Virus record (IMG/VR): IMGVR_UViG_3300030098_005697
Coordinates: 1 to 56,110 of that record
Origin: a virus
Taxonomy: Duplodnaviria; Caudoviricetes
Length of the DNA stretch: 56,110 bases
Direction: 5' to 3' (one strand)
Below the pieces are notes generated by a model. It made no database searches. It worked only from the letters and a program-made list of their open reading frames with translations, and was not told the origin of the DNA. Below are positions 55,011-56,110 of the stretch, in pieces. Every line of letters starts with the position of its first letter. Positions within the stretch are counted from its first letter, which is position 1. The translations under genes were made by a program, and so were the position numbers.

Positions 55011-56109
55011 AATGGTCCTCTGCCACATTGACATAACTCCACTTCTTCCTGGGCTTTCCCTTTGGTCGAAAAGTGCTCATTATGATTACCTGACACGGGG
55101 CATCCTCCAGCGCGCACATAGTTTCCCTAAGAGTATCCATATCCCACATCCTGTCGTCAAGGACAAGAACAGATAGACCCTCTGTTGGAAGCACCAATGC
55201 CGCAGCCATCGCAGCCAAGACTCGTACCTCAGTACTCCCTGACATTGCCCGATGAATGACCCCACATGGCCAAGAAACTCCCCGATCTTCTTGTCGGAGA
55301 ATCCCATAGTAAAACTTTCCAGATTCTATACTACAAAAGAGGGATTCCCCCTCGGGCAAGAAACGAGAAGCTCGGGCACAGTAGGCAGGAAGAAGGTCTT
55401 TGGTGGTCTCTCGAATTGCACCATTTATTATAGCCTCTGCCGCCTGGAACATTGCTCCCCAACGAACAGCTTCTCGGGCATCAATCCGGACTCTACCTGC
55501 CATTTCAGCCATGAGCTTCTGCTCCAGGAGAGCTTGGACTTCTTCTGAAGCCTCTACGCTGTTGTTCAGAGCCTTCAATTCTTGTGGCGAGCCGAGACCT
55601 TCCAACTCCTGGGCACAAAAGGAACGAAGTCCTTCATTGTTGCGGTAAATCTTTCTTAGCTGTTCAAAGTGCAATGAACGAAAAAGGTCTTTCCATGCTG
55701 TGTAGATTTCACTTTTATCTACTGATTGCGCTCCAGAGAAATGAGTGAGAGTTTGTTCCAAAGCTTTTGCCTTTGCTCTGGAGTTCCTCTTCTTTGAGGC
55801 GATTTTCTCCAGGATGTCCAGGAGGGATTGTGGAGAGTGTTTGAAGTCTCTTGGGGTTTCCTCTGTTGTGAAGGTTTCCAATATTTCAGGGGGGAACTCC
55901 CCAGCAGATGGTGGAGCCAATTTTGTCAATTCCTTCAAGGTCATTTTCTGTCCGAAGGCCTCAAAGAAAAAACGGATGGCTTTGTCTGAAGACCCAGACA
56001 GTTTTGCTTTCAGAGCCGTGATAGGGAGGCCCACTTCTGCATTGATTGAGAGATCGAATTCTTGTTTGGGCCGCTTTCCTCTGGTCATACTCCATCGTGA
56101 GGAATCCCC
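54991..56109 (-). CDS. Rad50/SbcC-like ABC ATPase, C-terminal part
   Basis: Signature AMSGS, Walker B LVLDD, central helical region. Joins 1-353 across the junction. Confidence 0.85.
   Translation of the reverse strand, partial: GDSSRWSMTRGKRPKQEFDLSINAEVGLPITALKAKLSGSSDKAIRFFFEAFGQKMTLKELTKLAPPSAGEFPPEILETFTTEETPRDFKHSPQSLLDILEKIASKKRNSRAKAKALEQTLTHFSGAQSVDKSEIYTAWKDLFRSLHFEQLRKIYRNNEGLRSFCAQELEGLGSPQELKALNNSVEASEEVQALLEQKLMAEMAGRVRIDAREAVRWGAMFQAAEAIINGAIRETTKDLLPAYCARASRFLPEGESLFCSIESGKFYYGILRQEDRGVSWPCGVIHRAMSGSTEVRVLAAMAAALVLPTEGLSVLVLDDRMWDMDTLRETMCALEDAPCQVIIMSTFRPKGKPRKKWSYVNVAEDHYVDDAT
56018..56109. repeat. Terminal direct repeat, right copy
   Basis: Identical to 1-92. Confidence 0.97.
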
Positions 56110-56110
56110 G

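Overview
The window is an apparently complete, circularly permuted dsDNA tailed-phage genome of about 56,017 bp. Bases 1-92 are repeated at 56018-56109, and a Rad50/SbcC-like ABC ATPase reads in frame across that junction. The minus strand (about 20.7 kb down to 1, continuing 56.0-54.6 kb) carries two blocks. The first is small early-type genes plus a MoxR-type AAA+/vWA-metallopeptidase/DUF6744-like module. The second is a replication block: RHH regulators, primase-helicase, SNF2-like helicase, Cas4-like nuclease, HNH, Sak4-like ATPase, SSB and a UDG-fused family A DNA polymerase. The plus strand (21.5-54.6 kb) carries podovirus-like morphogenesis genes: terminase, portal, scaffold, capsid, adaptor, nozzle, fibre-like genes, and three ejection-type proteins including a 3389-aa giant. 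It ends with a lysis cassette built on a YkuD/L,D-transpeptidase-like Cys enzyme. I saw no integrase, tRNA or CRISPR array, and the host cannot be assigned. The most striking signals are non-coding and lie in the early region: (i) a type III hammerhead ribozyme with a 4-bp loop-loop contact just 5' of an RBS (19588-19641, minus); (ii) four related ~60-nt irregular hairpins that each begin on the UGA stop of the upstream gene and show compensatory changes; (iii) a second two-copy structured motif, one copy abutting the ribozyme. Together these suggest an RNA-level system that cuts the early transcript into gene-sized units. All protein calls come from motifs and synteny read by eye; no database search was run.
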